Assembly (NCBI GenBank): GCA_051418015.1
Contig: JBPRGF010000033.1
Location: forward strand, 1 to 64,000
Source: Candidatus Nitrospinota bacterium M3_3B_026
GTDB taxonomy: Bacteria; Nitrospinota_A; UBA7883; JBPRGF01
Direction: 5' to 3'
DNA length: 64,000 bases
Made by a program: the position numbers and the translations under genes. Below, one piece after another: positions 13,159-22,694 of this stretch. The stretch's first letter is position 1. Every line of letters begins with the position of its first letter. The notes under the pieces were generated by a model, which saw only the letters and a program-made list of their open reading frames with translations, had not been told where the DNA came from and ran no database searches.

Positions 13159-14916
13159 GTGAGCTTGTACCGCCGCCTGGTCTCATATCTCAAACCCTAT
13201 AGGGGCAGGTTTATCCTGGCGGGGGTGTGCATGGTTTTCGTCTCCGCCTCGGCTGGGGCGGCGGCGATGATAATAAAGCCGATCCTGGACGACATATTCC
13301 TCAGCCGCGACGAGGTGATGCTCAAGCTTCTGCCCCTCGGCGTCATCGGGATATATTTTGTCCGCGGGATAGGGCGCTACTTCGCCTCGTCGCTGATGCA
13401 GACCATCGGGCAGCTTGCCGTTCGGGACATACGAGATGACCTTTACACGCGGCTGCAGCGCCTGTCGCTGCGGTTTTACTCCACGCGGAAGACGGGGGCC
13501 CTGATGTCCCGCATCACCAACGACGTGAACCAGATACAGGACGCCGTCTCCATCGTGGTCTACGATCTTCTGCGCGAGTCGTTGACGATGCTGGCGCTGC
13601 TCGGCGTTGTTTTTTACCGCGACTGGAAGCTTGCGCTGGCGGCGGTGTTCGTCCTCCCTTTCTCCGGCATCCTGATAACCAGGATGGGCCGGCTGCTGCG
13701 GGGCGTGTCCCGCAGGTCGCAGGAGGCGATGGCGGAGCTGAACTCCATGCTGAGCGAAACCTTCACGGGCATACGGGTGGTCCAGGCCTTCGGGATGGAG
13801 GGCTACGAGATCGAGAGGTTCAAGAAAAAGAACCAGGACTACGTGGACACCATAAAGCAGGCGATAAAGATAAACGAGCTTTCCAGCCCCCTGCTGGAGT
13901 TCATCGGCGCGTTCGGCATGGCGGCGATCATCTGGTACGGCGGCGCGCGGGTGATCGCGGGGGAGACGACGGTGGGGTCTTTCTTCTCCTTCCTCACGGC
14001 GCTTTTCATGCTGTACACCCCCATAGCGAAGCTTTCGCGGGCGAATAACAAGATCCAGCAGGCCATGGCCGCGGCGGAGAGAATCTTTTCGCTTCTGGAC
14101 ACGCGCTCGGAGATCGTGGAGAAAAAAGACGCCGCGGAGCTTGCCCCGCTCCGGGACAGGATAGAGTTCTCCAGCGTAAGCTTCTCATATGAGCCGGGAA
14201 AGCCTGTCCTTGAGGATATCAACCTGACCACTCGCAAAGGCGAGATCGCCGCCCTGGTCGGCCCCTCCGGCGCGGGCAAGAGCACGCTGGTGAACCTGAT
14301 CCCCCGTTTCTTCGACGTGACTGGCGGGGCGATACTTTTCGACGGGGTGGACATCCGGGACGTGAAGGTAGACTCCCTGCGCCGCCAGATAGGCATAGTC
14401 ACCCAGGATGTCTTCCTTTTCCACGACACCATCGCCGCCAACATCGCCTACGGCCGCGCCGACGCGAAGATGGACGAGATAGAAAAAGCCGCCCGGGACG
14501 CCTACGCCCACGACTTCATCATGGAGACGCCGGGAGGATACAACACCGTGATAGGCGACCGGGGCCTGAGGCTCTCCGGCGGTCAGCGCCAGAGGCTCTC
14601 CATCGCGAGGGCGATCATGAAGGATCCTGCGGTGATGATCCTGGACGAGGCCACCAGCGCCCTCGACACGGAGTCGGAGAAGATCGTCCAGAAGGCGCTG
14701 ATGAACCTGATGAAAGGACGCGCCACCTTTGTCATCGCCCACCGCCTCTCCACGATCCTGACGGCGGATATCATCGTGGTGATGGACAAGGGCAGGATCG
14801 TCGAGACGGGGAGCCACGGCGAGCTTATGAAGATGAACGGGTTTTACAAGAGGCTTTTCGAGCTGCAGTTTTCCGGCGCGTCCCGCGAGGGCGCCACGAG
14901 ACCTTTCATGGAGTGA
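13159..14916 (+). CDS. msbA: Lipid A-core flippase, MsbA-like ABC transporter
   Basis: TM domain plus GPSGAGKST, LSGGQRQR, ILDEATSALD, IAHRLST; LPS gene context. Start reassigned to GTG 13159 after the GT9 stop. Confidence 0.85.
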   Translation: MSLYRRLVSYLKPYRGRFILAGVCMVFVSASAGAAAMIIKPILDDIFLSRDEVMLKLLPLGVIGIYFVRGIGRYFASSLMQTIGQLAVRDIRDDLYTRLQRLSLRFYSTRKTGALMSRITNDVNQIQDAVSIVVYDLLRESLTMLALLGVVFYRDWKLALAAVFVLPFSGILITRMGRLLRGVSRRSQEAMAELNSMLSETFTGIRVVQAFGMEGYEIERFKKKNQDYVDTIKQAIKINELSSPLLEFIGAFGMAAIIWYGGARVIAGETTVGSFFSFLTALFMLYTPIAKLSRANNKIQQAMAAAERIFSLLDTRSEIVEKKDAAELAPLRDRIEFSSVSFSYEPGKPVLEDINLTTRKGEIAALVGPSGAGKSTLVNLIPRFFDVTGGAILFDGVDIRDVKVDSLRRQIGIVTQDVFLFHDTIAANIAYGRADAKMDEIEKAARDAYAHDFIMETPGGYNTVIGDRGLRLSGGQRQRLSIARAIMKDPAVMILDEATSALDTESEKIVQKALMNLMKGRATFVIAHRLSTILTADIIVVMDKGRIVETGSHGELMKMNGFYKRLFELQFSGASREGATRPFME

Positions 14917-14918
14917 AG

Positions 14919-15890
14919 ATGAGGAAAATATTGAGCGCCTTTGCGGCCCTGGCCCTTTTCGTCACGGCGTGGGCGGGATGCGGCAGCCTGGAGGAGACGC
15001 TGCTTGTCGGCGGGCACGAGGCCCCATACCACAAGCTGGGGATGAATATGCACCCAAGGAACAGGACCACGGGTGATATCGCCTCCCAGATGGCGGACAT
15101 AAAATCGCTGGGGATCGACATGATCCGCGTCACCTTCTGGTTCGACACGCAGTACATGCCGACGGCCAACTCGGCGCGGGACTTCTCGATGTTCGACGAA
15201 GTGGTCGCGGCGGCGAAGGCCCAGGGAATCGGGATAGTGGCGATACTGGCCTATGTCCCGGACTGGCTGCGGGGCACGGGCTGGAAGACGACCTTCGTCA
15301 ACGAATACGTCTATCCCGTGGTGGCGCGCTACAGGAACGACATCGACTACTGGGAGGTCTGGAACGAGCCAGACGAACTCACTCACGGCGTCCTGGACGG
15401 CTCGGCGGACGACTACTTCGACCTTCTCAAAAAGGTCTCGCCTGTCATAAGACGCCTTGACCCCTCGGCGAAGATACTGACCGCCGCCACAACCAACATC
15501 GTCGGCGACGGCCTCTCCAAGTTCGACTGGACCAAGAGGCTTCTCGACCTCGGCGTGTCCCAGTACGCGGACATACTGAACGTTCACTACTACTCCGAGC
15601 TGGATATCGAGCTTTCCGCCGTGGGAGGGAAGCTTGTAGAGTCCTCCGGCATGACGGTGTGGGTGACGGAGACGGGCAGGAAAGGCCACGCCGGGCAGCT
15701 GGCTTACTTTGAAAGGGAGATGGCGTATATCGACAAATCGCTGAACCCGGAGCGGATATTCTGGTACGTCTACGTGGAGGGGGACGAGGCGGGCGTCTCG
15801 ACCCCGCCGGACTCGACCTACGGTCTGCTTACCGCGTGGGGGGGAGGTGTGACGAAATCGTCTCTTTACACGCACCTTAAAGGCAGATGA
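14919..15890 (+). CDS. Putative lipoprotein glycoside hydrolase, clan GH-A (GH5/GH39-like)
   Basis: Signal peptide ending WAGC (lipobox); WEVWNEPD (acid/base Glu) and VWVTETG (nucleophile Glu). Confidence 0.75.
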   Translation: MRKILSAFAALALFVTAWAGCGSLEETLLVGGHEAPYHKLGMNMHPRNRTTGDIASQMADIKSLGIDMIRVTFWFDTQYMPTANSARDFSMFDEVVAAAKAQGIGIVAILAYVPDWLRGTGWKTTFVNEYVYPVVARYRNDIDYWEVWNEPDELTHGVLDGSADDYFDLLKKVSPVIRRLDPSAKILTAATTNIVGDGLSKFDWTKRLLDLGVSQYADILNVHYYSELDIELSAVGGKLVESSGMTVWVTETGRKGHAGQLAYFEREMAYIDKSLNPERIFWYVYVEGDEAGVSTPPDSTYGLLTAWGGGVTKSSLYTHLKGR

Positions 15891-17077
15891 GCCTTGGAGT
15901 GACGGTGGACAGGTGGGACAAAGCGGGATGGGTTTTTCTGCTCATCTTTGTGATCGCCGACTTTTTCTCCATCTCCGCCGCGCAGATAGCCGCGGCGGGG
16001 ATGGGGGTCTGCTGGATAGGGCGATGGGCGGCGCTGAAACAGAAGCCGGATTTTTCATCCCTGTTATGGCCCGTGGCGGCGTTCGTGGCGGCGTCGCTGG
16101 TCTCCGCCGCGCTGTCGCTGGATCCGGCGGAGTCTTTCAAGGATTCGAAAGACCTGCTTCATCTGTTCATCCTTTTCGCCGCGTATGACCAGTTCCGCCG
16201 TGTTTTTTGGAAGGCTGATCTCGTCCTGCGCGTGGCGGCAGGGGCAGGGGCCGTGGCGGCCATGGTGGGGCTTGCGCAGGCGGTTCGGCGGGGGGTGGAC
16301 ATCTATGACAGGATATCCGGCTTCCACGGCATGTACATGACCTACGCGGGGCTTCTGATGCTGGCCTTCATCTTTGACGTGGGGGTGTTGATCTTTTCCT
16401 TCCGCGGAAAAAAAGATGCCTGGATACCCCCCGCGCTGGCGTTGATCGCGGCGGCGCTTCTGCTCTCCCTTACGCGCAGCGCGTGGATAGGGGCCGCTGT
16501 GGGGGGCACGGCGCTGGCGATCGCCCGGAAGCCCGTGGCGGCGGCGGTCATCCCCATCCTGGCGGCCGTGGCGATTGTCCTCTCCCCCGCGCCGGTCAAG
16601 GACAGGATAGTGAGCATGGCGGACATGGAAAACGAGAGCAATCGCGAGCGGCTGCTCGTCTGGTGCGCGGGGCTGAAGATAATAGCGGACCATCCCGTCT
16701 TCGGCGTGGGGCAGAACGCCTTCCCGCTGGTCTACCCGGACTACAGGGCGGAGGACGTCAACGAGCCGAACATATCGCATCTTCACAACAACTTCCTGGA
16801 GCTCGCCGCCGAGCGCGGGCTCGTGGGGCTCGCGGCGTGGATATGGCTGTGGGGCGCGGTGTTGTGGGCCGCGGCCCGGGCGTGGATGACGGGCGCCGGC
16901 GGAGGTGAAAAGACGGCGCTGGCCGCGTCGGCGGCGGGGATCATCGCGTTCCTCGCGGCGGGGATGTTCGAGTATAACTTCGGCGATTCGGAGATACAGA
17001 TGATGTTCTACATGACCCTTGCCATGGCCTCCGCCGCGGCCGGGAGAACGCGGGATCGGGCCGCCGATTTAGCTTGA
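15887..17077 (+). CDS. O-antigen ligase family (Wzy_C/WaaL-like) membrane protein
   Basis: Multi-TM protein with LTRSAW, SNRERL, HPVFGVG, HLHNNFLELAAERG. Confidence 0.85.
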   Translation: MSLGVTVDRWDKAGWVFLLIFVIADFFSISAAQIAAAGMGVCWIGRWAALKQKPDFSSLLWPVAAFVAASLVSAALSLDPAESFKDSKDLLHLFILFAAYDQFRRVFWKADLVLRVAAGAGAVAAMVGLAQAVRRGVDIYDRISGFHGMYMTYAGLLMLAFIFDVGVLIFSFRGKKDAWIPPALALIAAALLLSLTRSAWIGAAVGGTALAIARKPVAAAVIPILAAVAIVLSPAPVKDRIVSMADMENESNRERLLVWCAGLKIIADHPVFGVGQNAFPLVYPDYRAEDVNEPNISHLHNNFLELAAERGLVGLAAWIWLWGAVLWAAARAWMTGAGGGEKTALAASAAGIIAFLAAGMFEYNFGDSEIQMMFYMTLAMASAAAGRTRDRAADLA

Positions 17078-17136
17078 CGCGCGTCTTGGGCGATGTAAAC
17101 TATTACGTAGCTTTTTCAACCAGGTGGTTCGACGCC

Positions 17137-17499
17137 ATGAGCCGTAAGGACTACAGCTATTTCAAAGAAGCTCTCCTGGAGCAGCGGGCGAAGATCATCG
17201 AGGAGGCCGCAAAGGCCGCCAACGGTGACCTGAACGTCGTCAGGGAAGAGCTTGCCGACGCCGTGGATCGCTCCTCCATGGAGACGGACAGGAATTTCAC
17301 CTTGCGGCTCCTTGACAGGGAGCGCAAACTCCTCAAGAAGATCGACGAGGCCTTGGAGCGGCTGGAAAAAGGCGGCTTTGGCCTGTGCGAGGAGTGCGGG
17401 GAGGAGATAAGCCGCGAAAGGCTCAAGGCAAGGCCCGTCGCCACGCTATGCATCGACTGCAAGGAAGAGCAGGAGCGCCGCGAAAAACAGCTTGGGTGA
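17137..17499 (+). CDS. dksA: RNA polymerase-binding protein DksA
   Basis: Coiled coil with DAVD tip; CEECGEEI...RLKARP...CIDCK zinc finger. Start at ATG 17137. Confidence 0.88.
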   Translation: MSRKDYSYFKEALLEQRAKIIEEAAKAANGDLNVVREELADAVDRSSMETDRNFTLRLLDRERKLLKKIDEALERLEKGGFGLCEECGEEISRERLKARPVATLCIDCKEEQERREKQLG

Positions 17500-17794
17500 G
17501 GCTTCCCCTTCCCCATAATCCCGAACCCGCCGCCGGGGCCTCCCGGGGCTTGTGTTTTAGAGTTTTTGAATTTACCCTTCCTTTTAAGGCGCTTTCCGCC
17601 TCGTCCGTCTGAATGACAGAGGAGCCGGGGACTAATCCGTTGTCAGGCCCCTGGCGGGCCGATGGCCTTTAGAGAGCAACAGGAAAGGACAAGAGAAACG
17701 GCGCAGTGGGGGAACGGTCGGCCTCTTGCGGAAGAGCCGGGCCAAAAGATGTTTTTTAGAAGCGGGCCGCGGCCCATGGATCTGGAGGAGGAGT

Positions 17795-17959
17795 ATGGAA
17801 AGATATGTTTGCGACATATGCGGCTACATCTACGATCCCGCCAAGGGTGACCCGGACTCCGGGGTAGCCCCGGGCACGGCGTTCGACAGCATTCCGGACG
17901 ACTGGGTATGCCCGGAATGCGGCGCCACGAAGGACCAGTTCACCAAGGTCGAAGACTAG
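17795..17959 (+). CDS. Rubredoxin
   Basis: [15 protein letters not shown]...[16 protein letters not shown]; strong GGAGGAGGAG RBS. Confidence 0.95.
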   Translation: MERYVCDICGYIYDPAKGDPDSGVAPGTAFDSIPDDWVCPECGATKDQFTKVED

Positions 17960-18001
17960 GATCGCCCGGAAAGCCCGCTCCCTGAGCCGGTGGGGGACGG
18001 G

Positions 18002-20215
18002 CTATTTTTTCACCACCCGGGGAATGATTATAGTGTCCCCGGGTGTCAGCGAGTCAATGGCGAGGCTTGGGTTGTAGAGCCTGACCAGCCATATCGGCGC
18101 GTCGTTCTCGTTCACGCAAAGGTCCCACAGCGACTGCCCCCGGCGGATGGCGACGTTATTTTCGCCGTCGATTCTGTATGCGTCGAAGAAGTCCTCCATC
18201 AGCCCCATGTGATACTCGATCCTCTTCCTTTCGAAGCTTTCCCTGTTGACCCTAGTGAGCGGTATTCTCACCTCCCGGCCGATCTTCATGCTCCTGTTGG
18301 AAAGGCCCCTGTTCATCCCCCTGATGGAGCGTTGCGAAACACGCAGCCAGTCCGCGTAAAGCCCCAGGGACTCCTCCGCCTTGACGATGACCACTCCCAC
18401 GCCGCTGTCTATCAGGCCCACGGCGAAGTCGGAGGCCCGGACACGCAATGTCCTGCCGTTCACGGTCACGCTCTCCCCCTCGATGTTGACCTTCGGTTGC
18501 TGGCCGCCGTCATCCTCCGGTGGGGTGAAGACGGCTGGCTGGGCGGAGGGAATGCTCTCCCCATCGTCCGCCGTGGCCACGGCGGGGCTTATGGAAGCCG
18601 TCATGACCGGGCTTTTTTCGCGCCGCAGCAGGATCTTCTGGCCGGGATAGATGGTGTCCCTCCTGGATATCCCGTTAATCCTCGCAAGCTCCGAGACCGT
18701 GGCGCCGTACCTGCGCGCGATAAGATAGAGGTTGTCGCCGGGGCGGACGTAGTGATGATCGCCCCCGCTTTGTCCGCCGCCGGAATAGGAGCCGGGCACG
18801 CGGAGCCTCTGGCCGACGCGGATGAGGTCCGACCGCAATCCGTTCACGCTTTTCATGGAGCTTACCGTGGCGCCATACCTCCTGGCCAGGGCGCCCAGTG
18901 TGTCACCCCGCCTTACTATGTGAAACCCGTTATGTTTCTGCTCCGCGTATTTCTGGCCAGGCGCCAGGGAGGCCAGCGCCGAGGAGGCGGAGCTTCCCAT
19001 CCCTTCGGGGACGCGCAGCCTGAACCCACGGGGGATATGCCTGTGCCCCCTCCATACGCTTTTTCGCAGGGCGGGGTTATAGTCTTTCAGAACTTCGATG
19101 GGTATTCCGGCGGCCCCGGCGAGCGTCCGCGCGGCGACGTAATGGGTCATCGCCACCTCGTCATACCGGAACCGCCGCTCGAAGTCTATCGGGCCGAAAT
19201 GATCGCGATAATCCCTCACCACGTCCAGGGCCGCCAGGAACTCGGCGTAGAAATTGCGGGACGCGAACCCGAACCTCCTGCTCTTGTAATGGTCAATGAT
19301 CTTCACGATATCGTCGCCGAACTTGCGCTTGGCCCGGCGCATCCCGTTCAGCCCGTGGTTGTACGCCGTTATGGCCAGGGGCCAGGAGCCCAGCTCCTCG
19401 TAGTTCTTGCGCAAGAGCCGGGCCGCGGCGTGAGTGGAGACTATGGGGTCCCTGCGTTCGTCTATGGTGTAGCCTATTTTCATGAACAGCCTGCCCGTCC
19501 CGCGGGTGAACTGCCATATCCCCGCCGCCCCGGCGCTGGAGTAGGCGTCGTAGTTGAAAGAGGACTCCACGTGAGGCAGGACGGTGAGCTCATCCGGCAG
19601 GCTATGGGAGCGGAAAATCTCCCTCATCTTTCCGATGTACCTGCCGGACCTCTCAAGACCCCTGCGGAACCTGTCGGCCTGGCCCAGCTGGGCGCGCACG
19701 CGCCAGGAAGCGTACCGGAATTTTTTGTAGCCTGGGATCGCGTCAAATTTGGCCGCCACCGCCCTCTGTTCCTCGCTCCGGGCGCGCCCCTTGTTCTTGT
19801 AAAGCCTCTGGAGAATGCGTGTGTAGTGCTGTTTTCTTTGCCTGACATATCTTCTCTTTGCGCGGCGGGACATCTTCCTGCCCTTGAAAACCTTGTCCAG
19901 GTCGATCACTTCGTAGATCACGCCAGGGTGTTTTTTGTCGTGGATCACGACGTGGCGGGTGGTGTGCCGGGAGTAGATGTCTTTCCAGAAGTCCACCCTC
20001 TCGCGCAGCCCGCTGGGGACGGGGAAATCGGTCTCGCCGTGATATATGACGTCCGCCTTAACCCCGCCGTTGTATGGCGAGTCCGGCCCCAGGCTCGCCA
20101 GAAGCTTTCGAAATTCCGGGTCGCGCGCCACCTCCGACCCCTGTGCCCCGGACGCGGCGAAAAATGCCAGGATAATGAAAAAGGGTAACAGGAAAGTCCG
20201 CGAAGCGAGCCTCAT
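18002..20215 (-). CDS. Lytic murein transglycosylase with LysM domains (MltD-like)
   Basis: Signal peptide; SLT motifs LPHVESSF, AAGIWQF, LAITAYNHG; LysM repeats HIVRRGDTL and HYVRPGDNL. Confidence 0.88.
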   Translation of the reverse strand: MRLASRTFLLPFFIILAFFAASGAQGSEVARDPEFRKLLASLGPDSPYNGGVKADVIYHGETDFPVPSGLRERVDFWKDIYSRHTTRHVVIHDKKHPGVIYEVIDLDKVFKGRKMSRRAKRRYVRQRKQHYTRILQRLYKNKGRARSEEQRAVAAKFDAIPGYKKFRYASWRVRAQLGQADRFRRGLERSGRYIGKMREIFRSHSLPDELTVLPHVESSFNYDAYSSAGAAGIWQFTRGTGRLFMKIGYTIDERRDPIVSTHAAARLLRKNYEELGSWPLAITAYNHGLNGMRRAKRKFGDDIVKIIDHYKSRRFGFASRNFYAEFLAALDVVRDYRDHFGPIDFERRFRYDEVAMTHYVAARTLAGAAGIPIEVLKDYNPALRKSVWRGHRHIPRGFRLRVPEGMGSSASSALASLAPGQKYAEQKHNGFHIVRRGDTLGALARRYGATVSSMKSVNGLRSDLIRVGQRLRVPGSYSGGGQSGGDHHYVRPGDNLYLIARRYGATVSELARINGISRRDTIYPGQKILLRREKSPVMTASISPAVATADDGESIPSAQPAVFTPPEDDGGQQPKVNIEGESVTVNGRTLRVRASDFAVGLIDSGVGVVIVKAEESLGLYADWLRVSQRSIRGMNRGLSNRSMKIGREVRIPLTRVNRESFERKRIEYHMGLMEDFFDAYRIDGENNVAIRRGQSLWDLCVNENDAPIWLVRLYNPSLAIDSLTPGDTIIIPRVVKK

Positions 20216-20297
20216 AATTACCCCCTAATTAATCTCAATTTGTATCGAATTTAGAGTAATTCGCATGATATCACATGCTCCATCCAACGCAATCCCT

Positions 20298-20324
20298 TTA
20301 TCGGCGAAATCTTGACGTCCTTTT
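20298..20324 (-). promoter_or_regulatory. Candidate sigma28 (FliA) promoter
   Basis: The minus strand reads AAAA-N15-GCCGATAA (consensus TAAA-N15-GCCGATAA), about 80 bp upstream of the MltD-like start. Confidence 0.45.
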
Positions 20325-20365
20325 TCGATTCCTTGCGTAAATGAAACAATAATTGTGCCATCACA

Positions 20366-21481
20366 TTACGAAACGCCCGACAACAGCAGATAGGTGATCG
20401 CTGAAAAGGCCATCGCCACGGGAAGGGTCCCCACCCACGAGCCGAAGATTTTATACAGCGTTTTCCACCGGAGCTCGCCCTTGACCAGCCCAAGGCCGAA
20501 CAGGGAGCCGACGGAGACATGCGTGGTGGAGACCGGCGCGCCGAAAAGCGAAGCGCCGATGACCACCGAGCTTGTCACCAGGTTGGCCGAGAATCCCTGC
20601 CCGTGATTCATGGGCGTTATTTTCCTGCTCATCGTCTCGGCCACTCTGCGCGCGTTGATGAGTCCTCCGGCGGCCATGGCCGCCCCGACCAGCAGTATAG
20701 CCCCGTCGAGCCGGAGCGCCCCGGCGGCGGCCAACAGGCCGAGTATTTTGGGAGTGTCGTTAAGACCCCTTGCGAAGGAGACCGCTCCGGCGCTGACGTA
20801 ATGAAGCGCGTTCAGGGTGGTCTGGGCGTCTATTCCGGCTATCTCTCCGCCGTAAACTTCCCGGCAGCTGGCCTCGTCGCCCGCCATCGCAAGCGGCCCG
20901 CCGGAAGAGGCGACGGTCCCGCCGGACGCGGCGTACGCCCTCGTCCCCGCCGGAACGCCGACGCAGACACAGCTTCGGCTCGTGACGCCGCTTTTCCTTC
21001 TCATGTACGACATGACCGGATAGACCATCCCCGTGGCGGCGATGGCGATGAACGGGCTTATCAGAAGCGGCGCCATGAACTTCTCCAGCAGGGCTTCGAA
21101 CCGCATATCCGCCCCCACGGCCATCAACCCGGCTCCGATGAGCCCTCCCATCAGCGAATGGGTCGTGGAGATCGGCAGCCCCAGCCGTGTCGCCGTGAAG
21201 ACGGTGAAGGCCGCGCCGAGACCGACGGAGAGCAGAAACTCCGGCGCCGCCACGATATCGGCCCCCACGAGGCCCTTCCCGCTGAAAGTTTTTATCAAGC
21301 CCGAGGCCAGGAAAAAAGCCGCCGCGGAGCCCATGAAGGTCATGAAGGTGGCGTAGCGGAGGGTTTTCAGGTATGACGCCGTCCCGCTCCCGTAGAGCGT
21401 GGCCACGCCCTTGAAGTTGTCGTTGGCCCCGTTGGCGTATGCCAGGAACAGGACGGCGGCGGCGAGCAGGGCGATTGTCAT
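20366..21481 (-). CDS. PiT family (inorganic phosphate/anion) transporter
   Basis: Duplicated PHO4 signatures NGANDNFKG / RGLNDTPK and PISTTH / PVSTTH; Cys-containing central loop (SCVCVG...SCRE). Confidence 0.88.
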   Translation of the reverse strand: MTIALLAAAVLFLAYANGANDNFKGVATLYGSGTASYLKTLRYATFMTFMGSAAAFFLASGLIKTFSGKGLVGADIVAAPEFLLSVGLGAAFTVFTATRLGLPISTTHSLMGGLIGAGLMAVGADMRFEALLEKFMAPLLISPFIAIAATGMVYPVMSYMRRKSGVTSRSCVCVGVPAGTRAYAASGGTVASSGGPLAMAGDEASCREVYGGEIAGIDAQTTLNALHYVSAGAVSFARGLNDTPKILGLLAAAGALRLDGAILLVGAAMAAGGLINARRVAETMSRKITPMNHGQGFSANLVTSSVVIGASLFGAPVSTTHVSVGSLFGLGLVKGELRWKTLYKIFGSWVGTLPVAMAFSAITYLLLSGVS

Positions 21482-21503
21482 AATCAGCCTTTACCAAAAA
21501 GGA

Positions 21504-22511
21504 TCAGCAGCAGCTTCCGGCCGATGACGCCCCGTTGTCAGGCTCCGCTTCCATCGACGGCGCCGGCGATGGGGAGCAGTCGAACCTTCCCAAATGGGCT
21601 ATCTCCTCCGACACGTGGAAAAAGTCTGAAAGTCTGCTTTGCCTTATGATGTCCGCCGTATTCTTGCATACCCGGACGGCCGCGCCGGCTGGGAAAACAT
21701 GGTTCAGGTCCAGAGTGTAGATATCCGGCTTTCCGGGGATGGCGCCTTTGTAGACGGCCACCTGGCCGTAATCCTCGCAATGCTCCTCCAGGGGTATTTT
21801 AAAGCCCCGGTAAGTGACGGAGGTGAAATGTATCGTCTCTATGATGTCGTTCGTGGCCCGCCGTGAGGTCTGGCGGACGTCGTTGAACCCGGCCTTGCTC
21901 ATTCTCCTCAGGAAGTCGCCCTCGTAGTCCGCCCCGGTGAGGCATTCGGAGTAGAGCTTGGGGTTGTTCCTCAAAGGCTCCGGTATCCGCCTGTCGGCCA
22001 CGATGTCGGCTATCAGGAACTCGCCGCCGGGCCTCAGCGCCCGCCATATCTCGCCGAAGACGGCTTCCTTGTCCTCTGACAGGTTTATGACGCAGTTGGA
22101 TATCACGATGTCCACCGACTCGTCCGGCAGGTCGAGCGACTCTATCTCGCCCTCCAGGAACTCCACGTTCGGCTTGTCGTAGCCTATGTTTCGTGTCACC
22201 GGCTCGACGTTGCGGCGGGCGATCTCGAGCTGCTCGCCGGTCATGTCCACGCCGATGACCTTTCCGGCGGGGCCGACGAGCTGGGAGGCGATGAAGACGT
22301 CCGTACCCGCGCCGCAGCCAAGATCGAGAATGGTTAGGCCGAAGGCCGCCTCCGGCGTCGGCGAGCCGCAGCCGTAGCGCCTGGATTTGACTTCGCTGGT
22401 GAGAGGGGCGAGGAGACCCTCGTCATAATCGACCGTGCAGCAGGCGTCGTATTCGAGATCGCCGGTCGTTGTAACTTTCCTGCCGTAGTAGTCCTGGACG
22501 GCTTTTTTCAT
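21504..22511 (-). CDS. arsM: Arsenite S-adenosylmethyltransferase-like protein (ArsM/AS3MT family)
   Basis: Motifs DACC, YGCG, LDLGCGAGTD, GVDMT, SNCVINL, ECLTGA, CEDYGQ, and C-terminal CC. Confidence 0.8.
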   Translation of the reverse strand: MKKAVQDYYGRKVTTTGDLEYDACCTVDYDEGLLAPLTSEVKSRRYGCGSPTPEAAFGLTILDLGCGAGTDVFIASQLVGPAGKVIGVDMTGEQLEIARRNVEPVTRNIGYDKPNVEFLEGEIESLDLPDESVDIVISNCVINLSEDKEAVFGEIWRALRPGGEFLIADIVADRRIPEPLRNNPKLYSECLTGADYEGDFLRRMSKAGFNDVRQTSRRATNDIIETIHFTSVTYRGFKIPLEEHCEDYGQVAVYKGAIPGKPDIYTLDLNHVFPAGAAVRVCKNTADIIRQSRLSDFFHVSEEIAHLGRFDCSPSPAPSMEAEPDNGASSAGSCC

Positions 22512-22694
22512 AGCGGATACTCCTTAGAAATGCTTATGACCTTTGTCCTGACAGGCTCCCCCCCACTCACGGGAGATAATGATACATAAAATAGGACGGC
22601 GCTGGAACCTTCTTATTCCATGTTTTTCGTCCCGCCGCGGCCCGGCGGTCAGACGGCGGGCCAGAAAAAGCCCGTATGCTAAAATAAACCTTCA

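Noticed and set aside
17495..17510. GGTGAGGCT resembling the start of an M-box riboswitch
   Set aside because: It overlaps the dksA stop codon and the rest of the consensus is absent.
22604..22631. GGAACC...CGTC as an ECF promoter upstream of the HAD gene
   Set aside because: The spacer is too long for typical ECF promoters.
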